Shown here: positions 1 through 8,487 of the stretch, piece by piece
How the letters are laid out: every line of letters starts with the position of its first letter
Numbering within the stretch: the first letter of the stretch is position 1
DNA from: Acidaminococcales bacterium
GTDB taxonomy: Bacteria; Bacillota; Negativicutes; Acidaminococcales; JAISLQ01
Assembly: GCA_031551525.1 (NCBI GenBank)
Contig: JAVBNN010000030.1
Coordinates: 4,107-68,106 of the forward strand
Length of the DNA: 64,000 nt
Direction of reading: 5' to 3'
The notes under the pieces: model-generated
Database searches by the model: none
Told to the model about the DNA's origin: nothing
Seen by the model: the letters and a program-made list of their open reading frames with translations, nothing else
Translations under genes and position numbers: made by a program

Positions 1-110
1 CTTAAAAGCACTAATAGCGAAAGAAAACAAAACTAAAAGTTTTTATGTAAAGAACGGTTTTGCTGACCTGTTGAATTCAGAAAACTGCTTTTGTGCGAAT
101 ATCTGCTGGT

Positions 111-137
111 TAAGAAAATCTTTCAGAAAGACGATAT
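111..137 (+). promoter_or_regulatory. sigma28 (FliA/SigD)-like promoter
   Basis: TAAG(111-114)-N15-GACGATAT(130-137) versus consensus TAAA-N15-GCCGATAA/T, about 50 nt upstream of the ATG at 189. Confidence 0.55.
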
Positions 138-188
138 ATTTATATAGCCTTTATTGGGGATTATTTGAAAAACAAGGAAGTGATTCAA

Positions 189-884
189 ATGCCAACAATC
201 AATAATATAGCGGCTGCCTTGTATAAATCTTACGGATGGGAAAGCAAAACAAAGGCTGAAGGTGTGCCGACAGACGAAGAGAGTGTTTCGGAAAATGCCG
301 ACAGAGAGTATTCAGCGGCTTACAAAACGGAGCTGTCTTTCGACGGCAAAGAACGGCAGGAAGCAAAGGCGGCAGAACGGGAAACGGCACAAGAACTGGA
401 TCACGGGAAAAACCCGTTAGAAGGATTGGGTGATCCAAGTGCGGCGGATAAGACACAAGAAGATCTGATTAAAATGAAGAAAAGTTATATAGAGATGCTC
501 ATGAAGTCTGTCCGCATAATGTCGCCGCGCGATTATACAGGTAAGAGCTGGGGCGCGTTGCTTGATTGTATGGAAAAGGCTATGGCGATACTTGGCAAGA
601 GTGATGCGACGGCTGATGAGTTGAACGAGGCGGAGCAGCTGATGCATCGTGGTTTAGCTGGGCTCAGGCGTGTGGAAGTACGCAAAAAAGAAGAGTCAAA
701 CTCCTACAAAGAGATACCAATGGACCGGATTGCTGCAGAAGAGAGCGAAGGCGCGGTAACGGGGAACAATATAACAGATGCCGCGGCTCTGGCCGGCGCA
801 TTGGCCACACCATCGAGTAATCCGGTTGCTGCTTTTTCCAATGCCCAAGGTGCTGTGGTTACAAGTATAAACATGAAAATATAA
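189..884 (+). CDS. hypothetical protein with a central FIVAR-like helical module
   Basis: RBS AAGGAAGTGA before ATG 189; segment YTGKSWGALLDCMEKAMAILGKSDATADELNEAEQLMHRGLAGL resembles a FIVAR repeat; followed by a terminator. Confidence 0.6.
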   Translation: MPTINNIAAALYKSYGWESKTKAEGVPTDEESVSENADREYSAAYKTELSFDGKERQEAKAAERETAQELDHGKNPLEGLGDPSAADKTQEDLIKMKKSYIEMLMKSVRIMSPRDYTGKSWGALLDCMEKAMAILGKSDATADELNEAEQLMHRGLAGLRRVEVRKKEESNSYKEIPMDRIAAEESEGAVTGNNITDAAALAGALATPSSNPVAAFSNAQGAVVTSINMKI

Positions 885-900
885 GAAAAGCTGTAGAGCA

Positions 901-935
901 AAAAAGCTCGTTGGCTATAAGCCAACGAGCTTTTT
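901..935. terminator. bidirectional intrinsic terminator
   Basis: AAAAAGCTCGTTGGCT-ATA-AGCCAACGAGCTTTTT between convergent genes. Confidence 0.85.
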
Positions 936-944
936 AAGTTCTAT

Positions 945-1439
945 TTAGTTGAATTCTTTAAATACAGAAGCTTTAGCAGAGCAGATCGGGCAAGCGTCAG
1001 GAGCGCTGCCTTCGTGGATATAGCCGCAGACCGGGCAAAGATAAAGCGCCGGGCCATTTTCTTTGCCAAGTGAGTCAGCGGCTTTTTGGTAGAGTCCGGC
1101 GTGGACTTTTTCCGCCGCTGCTGCGTACTCAAATAACCGTTGGGCAACAGGCTGGTTCTCTTCTTTGGCAAATTCGATGAACTCCGGATACATGTTTTTA
1201 TATTCGTGTGTTTCACCGGCAACCGCATCCAGAAGATTGTCGGCAGTGCTTTTTACTTTACCCATAGCTTTAAATTCAGCAAGAGCATGGAGCGTTTCTG
1301 CTTCGGCTGCCGCCCGAAACAATTTGGCTGCCTGCTTGTAACCTTCCGCTTCGGCTTGGGCCGCATAAGCGGTATATTTTCTGTTGGCTTGTGATTCGCC
1401 GGCAAATGCATCGGCTAGTGCTTGCATAGTTTTTGTCAT
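945..1439 (-). CDS. rbr: rubrerythrin family protein
   Basis: AFAGESQANRKY, ExxH motifs (ETLH, EKVH), C-terminal rubredoxin-like CPVC/CPIC; RBS AAGGGGTGA before ATG 1439. Confidence 0.92.
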   Translation of the reverse strand: MTKTMQALADAFAGESQANRKYTAYAAQAEAEGYKQAAKLFRAAAEAETLHALAEFKAMGKVKSTADNLLDAVAGETHEYKNMYPEFIEFAKEENQPVAQRLFEYAAAAEKVHAGLYQKAADSLGKENGPALYLCPVCGYIHEGSAPDACPICSAKASVFKEFN

Positions 1440-1463
1440 ATAAGTCACCCCTTTTATTTTAAT

Positions 1464-1478
1464 TAATAATAATTATCA
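1464..1478 (-). promoter_or_regulatory. Fur/PerR-type 7-1-7 operator
   Basis: minus strand TGATAAT-T-ATTATTA, one mismatch from TGATAAT-N-ATTATCA, 25 nt upstream of rubrerythrin. Confidence 0.65.
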
Positions 1479-1595
1479 GTTAAAAGCAAGTTTTTGTCAA
1501 GTGGCTTAAAAAATCTGTGCTGTCAATAAGAAATTAGCCCAAATAGTTTCTGTTGATGGTAAAATAACAATAGAAACGTATTAGGAGGAATAAAA

Positions 1596-2897
1596 GTGGC
1601 TCTCAATGAAAGCAAAGCGCGGGATATTATGAAAAAGGCTATGGGATGCGAGGTACTCGCACAATCGGTAGCTGCAGTACCGCATGGTTTTATAGGACTT
1701 GTTGCCGGGCGCCGGGAGTTGGTTTGTGTGACGGATGGGGCGTGTGGTTTTGCCGATCGGTTGGAATGTATGCGTGATGAATACAAATATGGCGTACGGG
1801 TGCGTATAGCGGCGATGAATGAGAAAAACTCTCAGGCTATCCGGTTGTTTGTAAAATGGACGGCGCCGCATGCCATAGGACGTTCTGTTTCGAGTATAGG
1901 CGTGAATGACGATTTTGGCTATGCTTTGCCGGTTTGGGCAAATATTTTTGCCGGGACAGGGATAAAACCGACATTGGTGACTTCTGGCCCGATAGATGCG
2001 CGACTGGTAGAAACCATGGGAGAATATGCCTGGCAGGCACTGGCCACAGGGCTTCATGACGGTTATGGCGCGGAATATTGCGCGGTGCAGGAAGAAAAAG
2101 ATGTAATGAACGCTCTTTTAGCCGGCTACAACAGCATTGTGCTGGATGCTGGCAATAAGGTAACCCTGGCCGCTTATGAGCTGGATGCAGTTGCGGTTGA
2201 GGAAAAATTTGCCGCTCTGCCGGAAGATTTTCGTGTGGCAATAAATCATTCATATGAAAACAAATCTTTTGAGGTGGGGGGCAGAGAATTATCTTATACC
2301 AAAGAAGATATATCACGGATAGTGCTGGTATACGGCGAAGCCATTGTCTGGTTGCAATATATTTATAATGCTTACTTTAAAAACGCTCCGTGGCCGGTGG
2401 ATTTTATCGTACGTTTAGACGCGGGTATGACTGTTAAGGCACATTATCTGTTGGCCAATGAACTACAGCGAGCCAAGGTTATACTGTCCGCACTGGAGCT
2501 TCCTGCCAGTAAACTGGCACAACATTGTGCGGTAGCTAAAAAACTCGGGCATAAAATACGCGTTGAGGTAAAGTTTGGAGAAGACTGTGCAGCTCTTGGC
2601 GTCGTGGAAAAAGACGCCTGTTTGTTGGATATCCGCCCAACTGGCGCCGGTTTGTCAGACGCTCTGGTTGTATTGGTACAAAATGGCGACCCTTTGATTA
2701 GGGAACTCTTCCCCCAAACTGGCGCAGAAGACCTGGAGAGGGCTTTGACGGGCACGGATGCGAAAAATATTGCCGGAGCTGTACAAGACAGAAAACAGGA
2801 TATAGCTGTGGCCTTGACAAAATATGACGAAGACTATAAAAAGCTTCTCGGGGCGCGTGCGCAAGCGCAAAAAAGCTGTTTGAACAAAAACGGATAA
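1596..2897 (+). CDS. tagaturonate epimerase (UxaE)-family protein with degenerate catalytic motifs
   Basis: WTAP...SIGVND..G..GIKP and downstream spacing follow UxaE; GADADH-type motif reads GAEYCA; RBS AGGAGG before GTG. Confidence 0.6.
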   Translation: MALNESKARDIMKKAMGCEVLAQSVAAVPHGFIGLVAGRRELVCVTDGACGFADRLECMRDEYKYGVRVRIAAMNEKNSQAIRLFVKWTAPHAIGRSVSSIGVNDDFGYALPVWANIFAGTGIKPTLVTSGPIDARLVETMGEYAWQALATGLHDGYGAEYCAVQEEKDVMNALLAGYNSIVLDAGNKVTLAAYELDAVAVEEKFAALPEDFRVAINHSYENKSFEVGGRELSYTKEDISRIVLVYGEAIVWLQYIYNAYFKNAPWPVDFIVRLDAGMTVKAHYLLANELQRAKVILSALELPASKLAQHCAVAKKLGHKIRVEVKFGEDCAALGVVEKDACLLDIRPTGAGLSDALVVLVQNGDPLIRELFPQTGAEDLERALTGTDAKNIAGAVQDRKQDIAVALTKYDEDYKKLLGARAQAQKSCLNKNG

Positions 2898-2898
2898 A

Positions 2899-2914
2899 TG
2901 TTTCACGTGAAACA
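2899..2914. other. parS centromere-like site (ParB/Spo0J binding)
   Basis: perfect palindrome TGTTTCACGTGAAACA, intergenic. Confidence 0.93.
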
Positions 2915-3002
2915 AGAAAAGCCTTGTGTTTCGACATATTTATAAAAGCTTGTTTGTATGATATAATAATTTATATATTTTGAAGAAATTTTATTTTAGG
3001 AG

Positions 3003-3644
3003 TTGATGGTTTTGTCGATTGGTTCACTGGTAGGCTTATTAGGTGGAGTTGCGGTGGCGGCTACTACTACCGCTGCAGCGGTAAAAATTGCTTGGGATGC
3101 CCATGAACTCAGTAAAAAAGATATCCTGAGCGTATCCGATATAGCGAAAGATACTATGTTGCCTGAAGCGAATGTACACAATTGGATAGAATCCGGTGCC
3201 CTGAAAGCGTCTTTGGTTCAGGATGATGCCGGGAGTCATTATGAAATAGCCCATGACGACTGGATTGCATTTATTAAAAAATACCAGAGTGGTGAATTTG
3301 CCGGCAAAGATTTCCACAACCTGCATGATGACGACGCCGTATTGTTGATGGGCGAAGGCGGATACAAATATAATGGCAATGAAGAATTGCGTCTTTTTTT
3401 CAGCTTGCCGGAAAAAGACAGAAAGAGACTGGCTTTTTTGGATGGACTTAGCCAAAATACAGCCAAAATAAATCTGACTAATGATCGGATCAACCTGTTG
3501 GAGACTAATCGGGGATTATTGCTGCCGGAGGGCCAAACTGTGTTGGATCAAAATATAGTCAATTTGAAAATACGAGTAAAAACGCTGGAAGAGCAAAGCG
3601 CCAAAATAAAAGACCGCTTGAAACAACTGGAGAGCGGACAGTAA
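3003..3644 (+). CDS. MerR/excisionase-like HTH protein with hydrophobic N-terminus and C-terminal coiled coil
   Basis: LSVSDIAKDTMLPEANVHNWIESGALKA...YEI resembles HTH_17; Gly/Ala-rich hydrophobic N-terminus; heptad-like C-terminus; exact start uncertain. Confidence 0.6.
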   Translation: MMVLSIGSLVGLLGGVAVAATTTAAAVKIAWDAHELSKKDILSVSDIAKDTMLPEANVHNWIESGALKASLVQDDAGSHYEIAHDDWIAFIKKYQSGEFAGKDFHNLHDDDAVLLMGEGGYKYNGNEELRLFFSLPEKDRKRLAFLDGLSQNTAKINLTNDRINLLETNRGLLLPEGQTVLDQNIVNLKIRVKTLEEQSAKIKDRLKQLESGQ

Positions 3645-3704
3645 TGTTGTTTTTCAAACTGTAGTTTGCGCAATGCGTACGGCGTATTTCAAGGAGGTAT
3701 AATA

Positions 3705-4238
3705 ATGACTGAAGAGAAAACGTATTCCCAGGAAGGGCCACATACCGAAGCCCCTGCTGGTTTGCCTGTAGAAAGAGCTAATGTCGAAGAGCAAGCGGAA
3801 AACATTTGTCGTTGGGCCGCCGCCAGGGCCGCCGTGGTAGTAGTGGCGCCGTTTGTAGGAACTGTGGCGCTCATCGCCAATGAAGTGTACATGATAAAAC
3901 GGATAGGCGACTTGTATGGGCAAAAATTGAGCGAATCCGTTATCCTTGGTTTTATCGGTTCACTGGGGGCGGCGGTAATCGGCGGAACTTTGGCAACGCT
4001 CATTCCTTATTCGCCGACGAAGATACTTATAGCCACCGGACTGACCTATGGTTTGGGCAAAGCAGCGCACGAATGGATCAAAGCCGGCAAACCTGACGAT
4101 ATCAGCGTGTTTAAAGAAGTTTTTGAAGAAAAACGCCAGGCAGTAAAAGACGGCTTGCAGAAAATAATCACCCAGCACCCGGACAAAGATAAGCCGCTGG
4201 GCGATGAAGACGCGAATTTTAAAGAAAAAGAAGAATAA
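3705..4238 (+). CDS. DUF697/YcjF-like membrane-associated protein
   Basis: WAAARAAVVVVAP...EVYMIKRIGDLYG...TYGLGKAA pattern; RBS AGGAGG before ATG 3705. Confidence 0.65.
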   Translation: MTEEKTYSQEGPHTEAPAGLPVERANVEEQAENICRWAAARAAVVVVAPFVGTVALIANEVYMIKRIGDLYGQKLSESVILGFIGSLGAAVIGGTLATLIPYSPTKILIATGLTYGLGKAAHEWIKAGKPDDISVFKEVFEEKRQAVKDGLQKIITQHPDKDKPLGDEDANFKEKEE

Positions 4239-4270
4239 CAAGCAAAAAATTTTGAAAAGCAGGTAAAAAC

Positions 4271-4711
4271 ATGTACCAAAAACTGCTGGTTGCTGTGGAC
4301 GAATCAGAACGGGCCCTGAAAGCATTGCAGCAAGCGGTCGGCCTGGCGGATATCCTGGCAGCTAAAGTAGTGGCTATTTATGTTTTGCGCCCCGGTGATT
4401 TTCAGGATCCTGCGGAAAAGGGTTTGAGCAAAGAGGCACTGGAGCAAAAACGCCTGGAAAAACAGGTATTTTTACAAGAAAAACTGCTGCAAAAAATAGA
4501 AGAAGAAATGCCCGGAGTTTTAGCACGGATAGAATTTGTTACCCGGGTGGGCCGCAACACGGCAAAGATCATTGTCGGGTTTGCCGACGAGAATGGTTGT
4601 GACCTTATTGTGCTGGGCAGCCGCAATTTGCCTGGCGCGAGTTCTTTGATTATGCGCAGTGTTACGAACGATGTTCTTGGCTTAGGAAAAAATGTGCTGG
4701 TAGTACGCTGA
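4271..4711 (+). CDS. universal stress protein (UspA family)
   Basis: MYQKLLVAVDES...DLIVLGSR...SVTNDVL...VLVVR. Confidence 0.9.
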   Translation: MYQKLLVAVDESERALKALQQAVGLADILAAKVVAIYVLRPGDFQDPAEKGLSKEALEQKRLEKQVFLQEKLLQKIEEEMPGVLARIEFVTRVGRNTAKIIVGFADENGCDLIVLGSRNLPGASSLIMRSVTNDVLGLGKNVLVVR

Positions 4712-4785
4712 AAAATTGTTTGCCAGTAAGTTTTGGTTGTGTTAAAATTTTGGCAAAGGAAAGGGTATTTGTTGAACCCTATTCC

Positions 4786-4850
4786 ATAGTTTGCCTGATA
4801 ACTGACTATTTATTGCCGCTTGGATCCACTGTGACTGAGACGGAAAGGGC
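4786..4850 (+). ncRNA. pan RNA motif-like cis-regulatory leader
   Basis: hairpin CCGCTTGGATC-cactgt-GACTGAGACGG (4816-4843) with bulged As, directly upstream of pantothenate genes and of a terminator. Confidence 0.65.
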
Positions 4851-4864
4851 ATGCCGGGTATTTT

Positions 4865-4893
4865 GCGCTCTCCGTTCAACGGAGGGCGTTTTT
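4865..4893 (+). terminator. leader terminator of the pan operon
   Basis: CGCTCTCCG-TTCAA-CGGAGGGCG-TTTTT. Confidence 0.8.
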
Positions 4894-4920
4894 AATTTAA
4901 CCTTGGCGAGGATGAAAAGA

Positions 4921-5763
4921 ATGGATAAACGTATAGGGATAATCGGCCCCGGACGCTTGGGCCTGTCGCTGGCGCATGCTCTCGCGGAAAAAGGCTGCTG
5001 CTTGGCCGGTGTAACCGGCGCTAATGCAAAAAGCACCGCACAAGCGGCAGACATACTAAAAGTGGCGGGCTTTACCGATAAAAATGAATTGGCGAAAGTT
5101 GCCGACATTATTTTTCTTACAGTCCCTGATCGGCTTATTTTGCCAGTAGCAGAGGAGCTCGTTGCCGGAGGGTTGCGGGAAGGTACTGCGATTTTTCATT
5201 GCAGCGGGGCATTGTCAGCGTTGCAGTTGCCTGTTTCTGCAGGCATCCTGCGCGGCAGCTTTCACCCGCTGCAAAGTTTTGCCGATGACGCTAAAAGCTT
5301 TTACGGTGTGTACATAGCGATAGACGGAGAGGCAGCCGCCCTGGGGCAGAAACTATGCCTTCTCTTGGGCGGAAAACCGATGAGTGTGCCTGCTGAGGAA
5401 CGCGCCCTTTATCATGCGGCGGCTTGTATAGCATCCAACCATCTGGTTACTCTGGTGGATTGGGCGCAGGGGTTGATGAGCCGCTGGACAGCCACTCCGC
5501 AGGAGGGCGTGTCGGCGCTTTTGCCGCTTATCGAAGGCAGCATTGCCAATATTACCCGGCTGGGCACGGAAAAAGCACTGACCGGACCGGTGGCGCGCGG
5601 TGACAGCGAAACCGTGGCTAAACATCTTTCAGTATTGCCGGACGAACTCAAAACGCCCTATCGCTTGATGAGCGCTTATACATTGGATTTAGCCATTCGG
5701 GCAAACTTGCTGACGCCTGAACAGGTTGCGGATATGAAAAATATACTGGGTGAAAAGGAGTAG
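4921..5763 (+). CDS. Rossmann-like/DUF2520 oxidoreductase, probable PanG-type ketopantoate reductase
   Basis: [43 protein letters not shown]; first gene of the panBC operon. Confidence 0.8.
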   Translation: MDKRIGIIGPGRLGLSLAHALAEKGCCLAGVTGANAKSTAQAADILKVAGFTDKNELAKVADIIFLTVPDRLILPVAEELVAGGLREGTAIFHCSGALSALQLPVSAGILRGSFHPLQSFADDAKSFYGVYIAIDGEAAALGQKLCLLLGGKPMSVPAEERALYHAAACIASNHLVTLVDWAQGLMSRWTATPQEGVSALLPLIEGSIANITRLGTEKALTGPVARGDSETVAKHLSVLPDELKTPYRLMSAYTLDLAIRANLLTPEQVADMKNILGEKE

Positions 5764-5767
5764 GAAA

Positions 5768-6598
5768 ATGGCCAAGATAACGACAGCGACGATACGTGAA
5801 AAAAAGCAAAAAGGCGAGCCGGTAGTTATGCTTACCGCGTATGACTATCCCTGGGCGAAGATGTTTGACGAGGCAGGTGTCGAGATGCTCCTGGTGGGTG
5901 ATTCACTGGGAAATGTAGTTTTGGGTTATGACTCCACTTTGCCGGTAACAATGGACGATATGGTGCATCACGGCAAGGCGGTTTGCCGCGGGGCGAAGAA
6001 TGCCATGGTTGTTGTCGATATGCCCTTTATGAGCTATCAGGTATCCATAGAGGATGCTTTACGCAATGCCGGACGCATCATGAAAGAAACCGGCGCGCAG
6101 GCGGTCAAGCTCGAGGGCGGGAGCGAGATGGCGCCGACTGTTGCGGCGATAGTGGCGGCCGGCATACCGGTGGTCGCGCATATAGGCCTGACGCCACAAT
6201 CGGTGCATCAATTGGGTGGCTTCAAAGTACAGGGCAAAGGCGCGGATGGCGCGCAAAAACTGATAGACGATGCCATAAAACTGGAAGAAGCAGGTGCCTT
6301 TAGCATAGTGCTGGAATGTGTGCCGGCGCTGTTGGCCGAACGCATCAGCAAAAAAATCGGCATACCGACCATCGGCATTGGCGCCGGGGCGGGCTGTGAT
6401 GGGCAGGTTTTGGTTTATCACGATATGTTGGGTCTGTTTACTGGTTTTACGCCTAAATTTGTGAAAAAATACCGCAACCTGCACGACGACATAGTAAAAG
6501 GCGTGGAAGAATATGTGGCCGATGTGCGCGCGCGCGCTTTTCCGGGCGAAGAGCATACCTTCAAGATAGACCAGGAAGTACTGGACAAACTTTATTAA
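5768..6598 (+). CDS. panB: 3-methyl-2-oxobutanoate hydroxymethyltransferase
   Basis: [39 protein letters not shown]. Confidence 0.97.
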   Translation: MAKITTATIREKKQKGEPVVMLTAYDYPWAKMFDEAGVEMLLVGDSLGNVVLGYDSTLPVTMDDMVHHGKAVCRGAKNAMVVVDMPFMSYQVSIEDALRNAGRIMKETGAQAVKLEGGSEMAPTVAAIVAAGIPVVAHIGLTPQSVHQLGGFKVQGKGADGAQKLIDDAIKLEEAGAFSIVLECVPALLAERISKKIGIPTIGIGAGAGCDGQVLVYHDMLGLFTGFTPKFVKKYRNLHDDIVKGVEEYVADVRARAFPGEEHTFKIDQEVLDKLY

Positions 6599-6613
6599 AA
6601 GGAGCAGGAATAA

Positions 6614-7468
6614 ATGAAACTTTGCCATACGATAGAGGAAATACGCGCCGCCTGCCGGGACGCGCGCAAAGCGGGAAAAACGGTCGGCCTGGTACCGACA
6701 ATGGGCGCCCTTCACGCCGGGCATGCGTCCTTAATCAAGGCAGCCAGCACAGAAAACAGCTTTGTCGTTGTCAGCGTATTTGTCAACCCCACACAGTTTG
6801 CTCCGACTGAAGACCTTTCTACTTATCCGCGCACGCTTGAGGCGGACTGCCGTATCGCAAAAGAGATGGGTGCGCAAGCGGTTTTTGCTCCGTCCGACCG
6901 GGATATGTATCTGGAGGGCGCCGCCACTTGGGTGGAAGTCATCGGGCCTATAACGGGTATACTGTGTGGAAAATCGCGCCCCACACATTTTCGCGGAGTG
7001 ACGACTGTAGTCAATAAACTCTTTAATATAGTGCAGCCTGATCGCGCCTATTTCGGGCAAAAAGACGGCCAGCAGGCGCAAATAATTAGGCGCATGGCGG
7101 AGGACCTCTTCATGCCGCTTGAAATACGCATCATGCCCATCGTCCGGGAAGAAGACGGCGTGGCCCTGTCATCACGCAATATTTACCTGACGCCTGGAGA
7201 GCGCACAGCCGCGCTGGTTTTGTCCAAAAGCCTCAATAATGCCAAACAACTCGTAGAAAAAGGCGAACGGCAAACTGCCGCGCTGAGGAAAGCAATAACG
7301 GATATCATAAAGGCAGAGCCTCTGGCCGCCATCGACTACGTGGAACTGTATTCCTTCCCCGACCTGACGGAGTTAGGGGAAAACATCAGCGGTCAGGTGT
7401 TCATCGCCCTGGCGGTCAGGTTTGGCAAGACCCGGCTGATAGATAATATAGTAGTGGACTGCAAATAA
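6614..7468 (+). CDS. panC: pantoate--beta-alanine ligase
   Basis: VPTMGALHAGH, FVNPTQF, HFRGV, FGQKD, SSRN, RLIDN. Confidence 0.97.
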   Translation: MKLCHTIEEIRAACRDARKAGKTVGLVPTMGALHAGHASLIKAASTENSFVVVSVFVNPTQFAPTEDLSTYPRTLEADCRIAKEMGAQAVFAPSDRDMYLEGAATWVEVIGPITGILCGKSRPTHFRGVTTVVNKLFNIVQPDRAYFGQKDGQQAQIIRRMAEDLFMPLEIRIMPIVREEDGVALSSRNIYLTPGERTAALVLSKSLNNAKQLVEKGERQTAALRKAITDIIKAEPLAAIDYVELYSFPDLTELGENISGQVFIALAVRFGKTRLIDNIVVDCK

Positions 7469-7504
7469 AAGCAAGGCCCCGGCGGATGACGGGGCCTTGC
7501 TTTT
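7467..7504. terminator. bidirectional intrinsic terminator
   Basis: AAAAGCAAGGCCCCG...CGGGGCCTTGCTTTT. Confidence 0.85.
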
Positions 7505-8396
7505 ATTTTTGTGATTTTGTCACGCTCAGCGTTACGCCGCTTATGATGACCGCGGCGCCTGCCAGTTGCTGCCAGTAGATGCTTTCGCCGAGGAGCAGCA
7601 CGGAAAAGATTATACCGAAGACCGGCAGGAGGTTGAGTATCATCATGGCTCTCGAGGGCGGGACTTTTTTGAGGCCGAAAGCGTAAAAGTAATAGGCGAT
7701 GAGCGAACAAAAGAGGCTAAGAAATAGGTAGGCCAACAGGCTGTCCCGGTCCGGCACGCGCCAGGGAGCAAAGTCAAAAGGTAGAAGTGGAATAAAGAGC
7801 AGCGCTCCGGCAAAAAACTGGTACATGGACACCACCGGCATGGGGTATTTACTTACGAGCGCGCGGGTGGTAAAGTTATAGCCAGCCCAGGACAGGCCGA
7901 CAAAGATCATCATGATATTGCCGGCCAGGCGGTTTTCCGGCGGTATAGAATTGGGCGGCTGGGCGGCAACTATGATATATACGCCAAACATGGCGAACAG
8001 GACGCCAAGGGAGGCGCGGGTGGATATGGGGGTTTTAAACAGGATGCGGTCAAGCAGCATGGTTATAGCCGGGAAAGAAGCGCCGATGACTGCGGCGTCC
8101 GAGGCGGTGTTTAGGCGCAGCGCATTGTTTTCCAGCGCGTAAAAGGCCGTTATGCCAAAAAAGCCGCTCCAGATGAAATATTTTACGTCTGCTTTTTCCG
8201 GCAGGCGAAAATTTTTTGTCAAAAGCAAAAACAGCGCGATAAGAAACGCCGGCAAAAGAAAACGCAGCATACCGAGGCCAAAAGGCGGGAAGGCGGTAAA
8301 CGCCGTTTTGGTAGCGGCGAAAGAAACACTCCAAATGAGCATGGCGCAAAATATGGCGGCTACATGCAGCTTAGTGCCGGAAACATCCTTGGACAT
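7503..8396 (-). CDS. DMT/EamA family transporter
   Basis: about 10 hydrophobic segments in two EamA repeats (LIWSVSF..., LGESI..QLAG); RBS AAGGGAG before ATG 8396. Confidence 0.88.
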   Translation of the reverse strand: MSKDVSGTKLHVAAIFCAMLIWSVSFAATKTAFTAFPPFGLGMLRFLLPAFLIALFLLLTKNFRLPEKADVKYFIWSGFFGITAFYALENNALRLNTASDAAVIGASFPAITMLLDRILFKTPISTRASLGVLFAMFGVYIIVAAQPPNSIPPENRLAGNIMMIFVGLSWAGYNFTTRALVSKYPMPVVSMYQFFAGALLFIPLLPFDFAPWRVPDRDSLLAYLFLSLFCSLIAYYFYAFGLKKVPPSRAMMILNLLPVFGIIFSVLLLGESIYWQQLAGAAVIISGVTLSVTKSQK

Positions 8397-8487
8397 CGAA
8401 AAAACTCCCTTAAAATACAGGCTGGAAAAAGTTTTGCATAAAAAAAGACGCGCAACGTATAAACACTGCGCGCCAGTGTCCAAATCA

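Noticed and set aside
4720-4920. N-terminal extension of the DUF2520 ORF given by the ORF track (similar extensions at 8397-8519, 29190-29249, 50672-50989, 62948-63049)
   Set aside because: These extensions run through leader RNAs, terminators or neighbouring genes; better RBS-linked starts lie downstream.
6059-6724. 221-aa minus-strand ORF, and similar long antisense ORFs (26785-27432, 31063-31686, 32301-33044, 45481-46113, 50969-51628)
   Set aside because: They lie opposite well-supported genes and show no recognisable motifs; they are typical antisense shadows.
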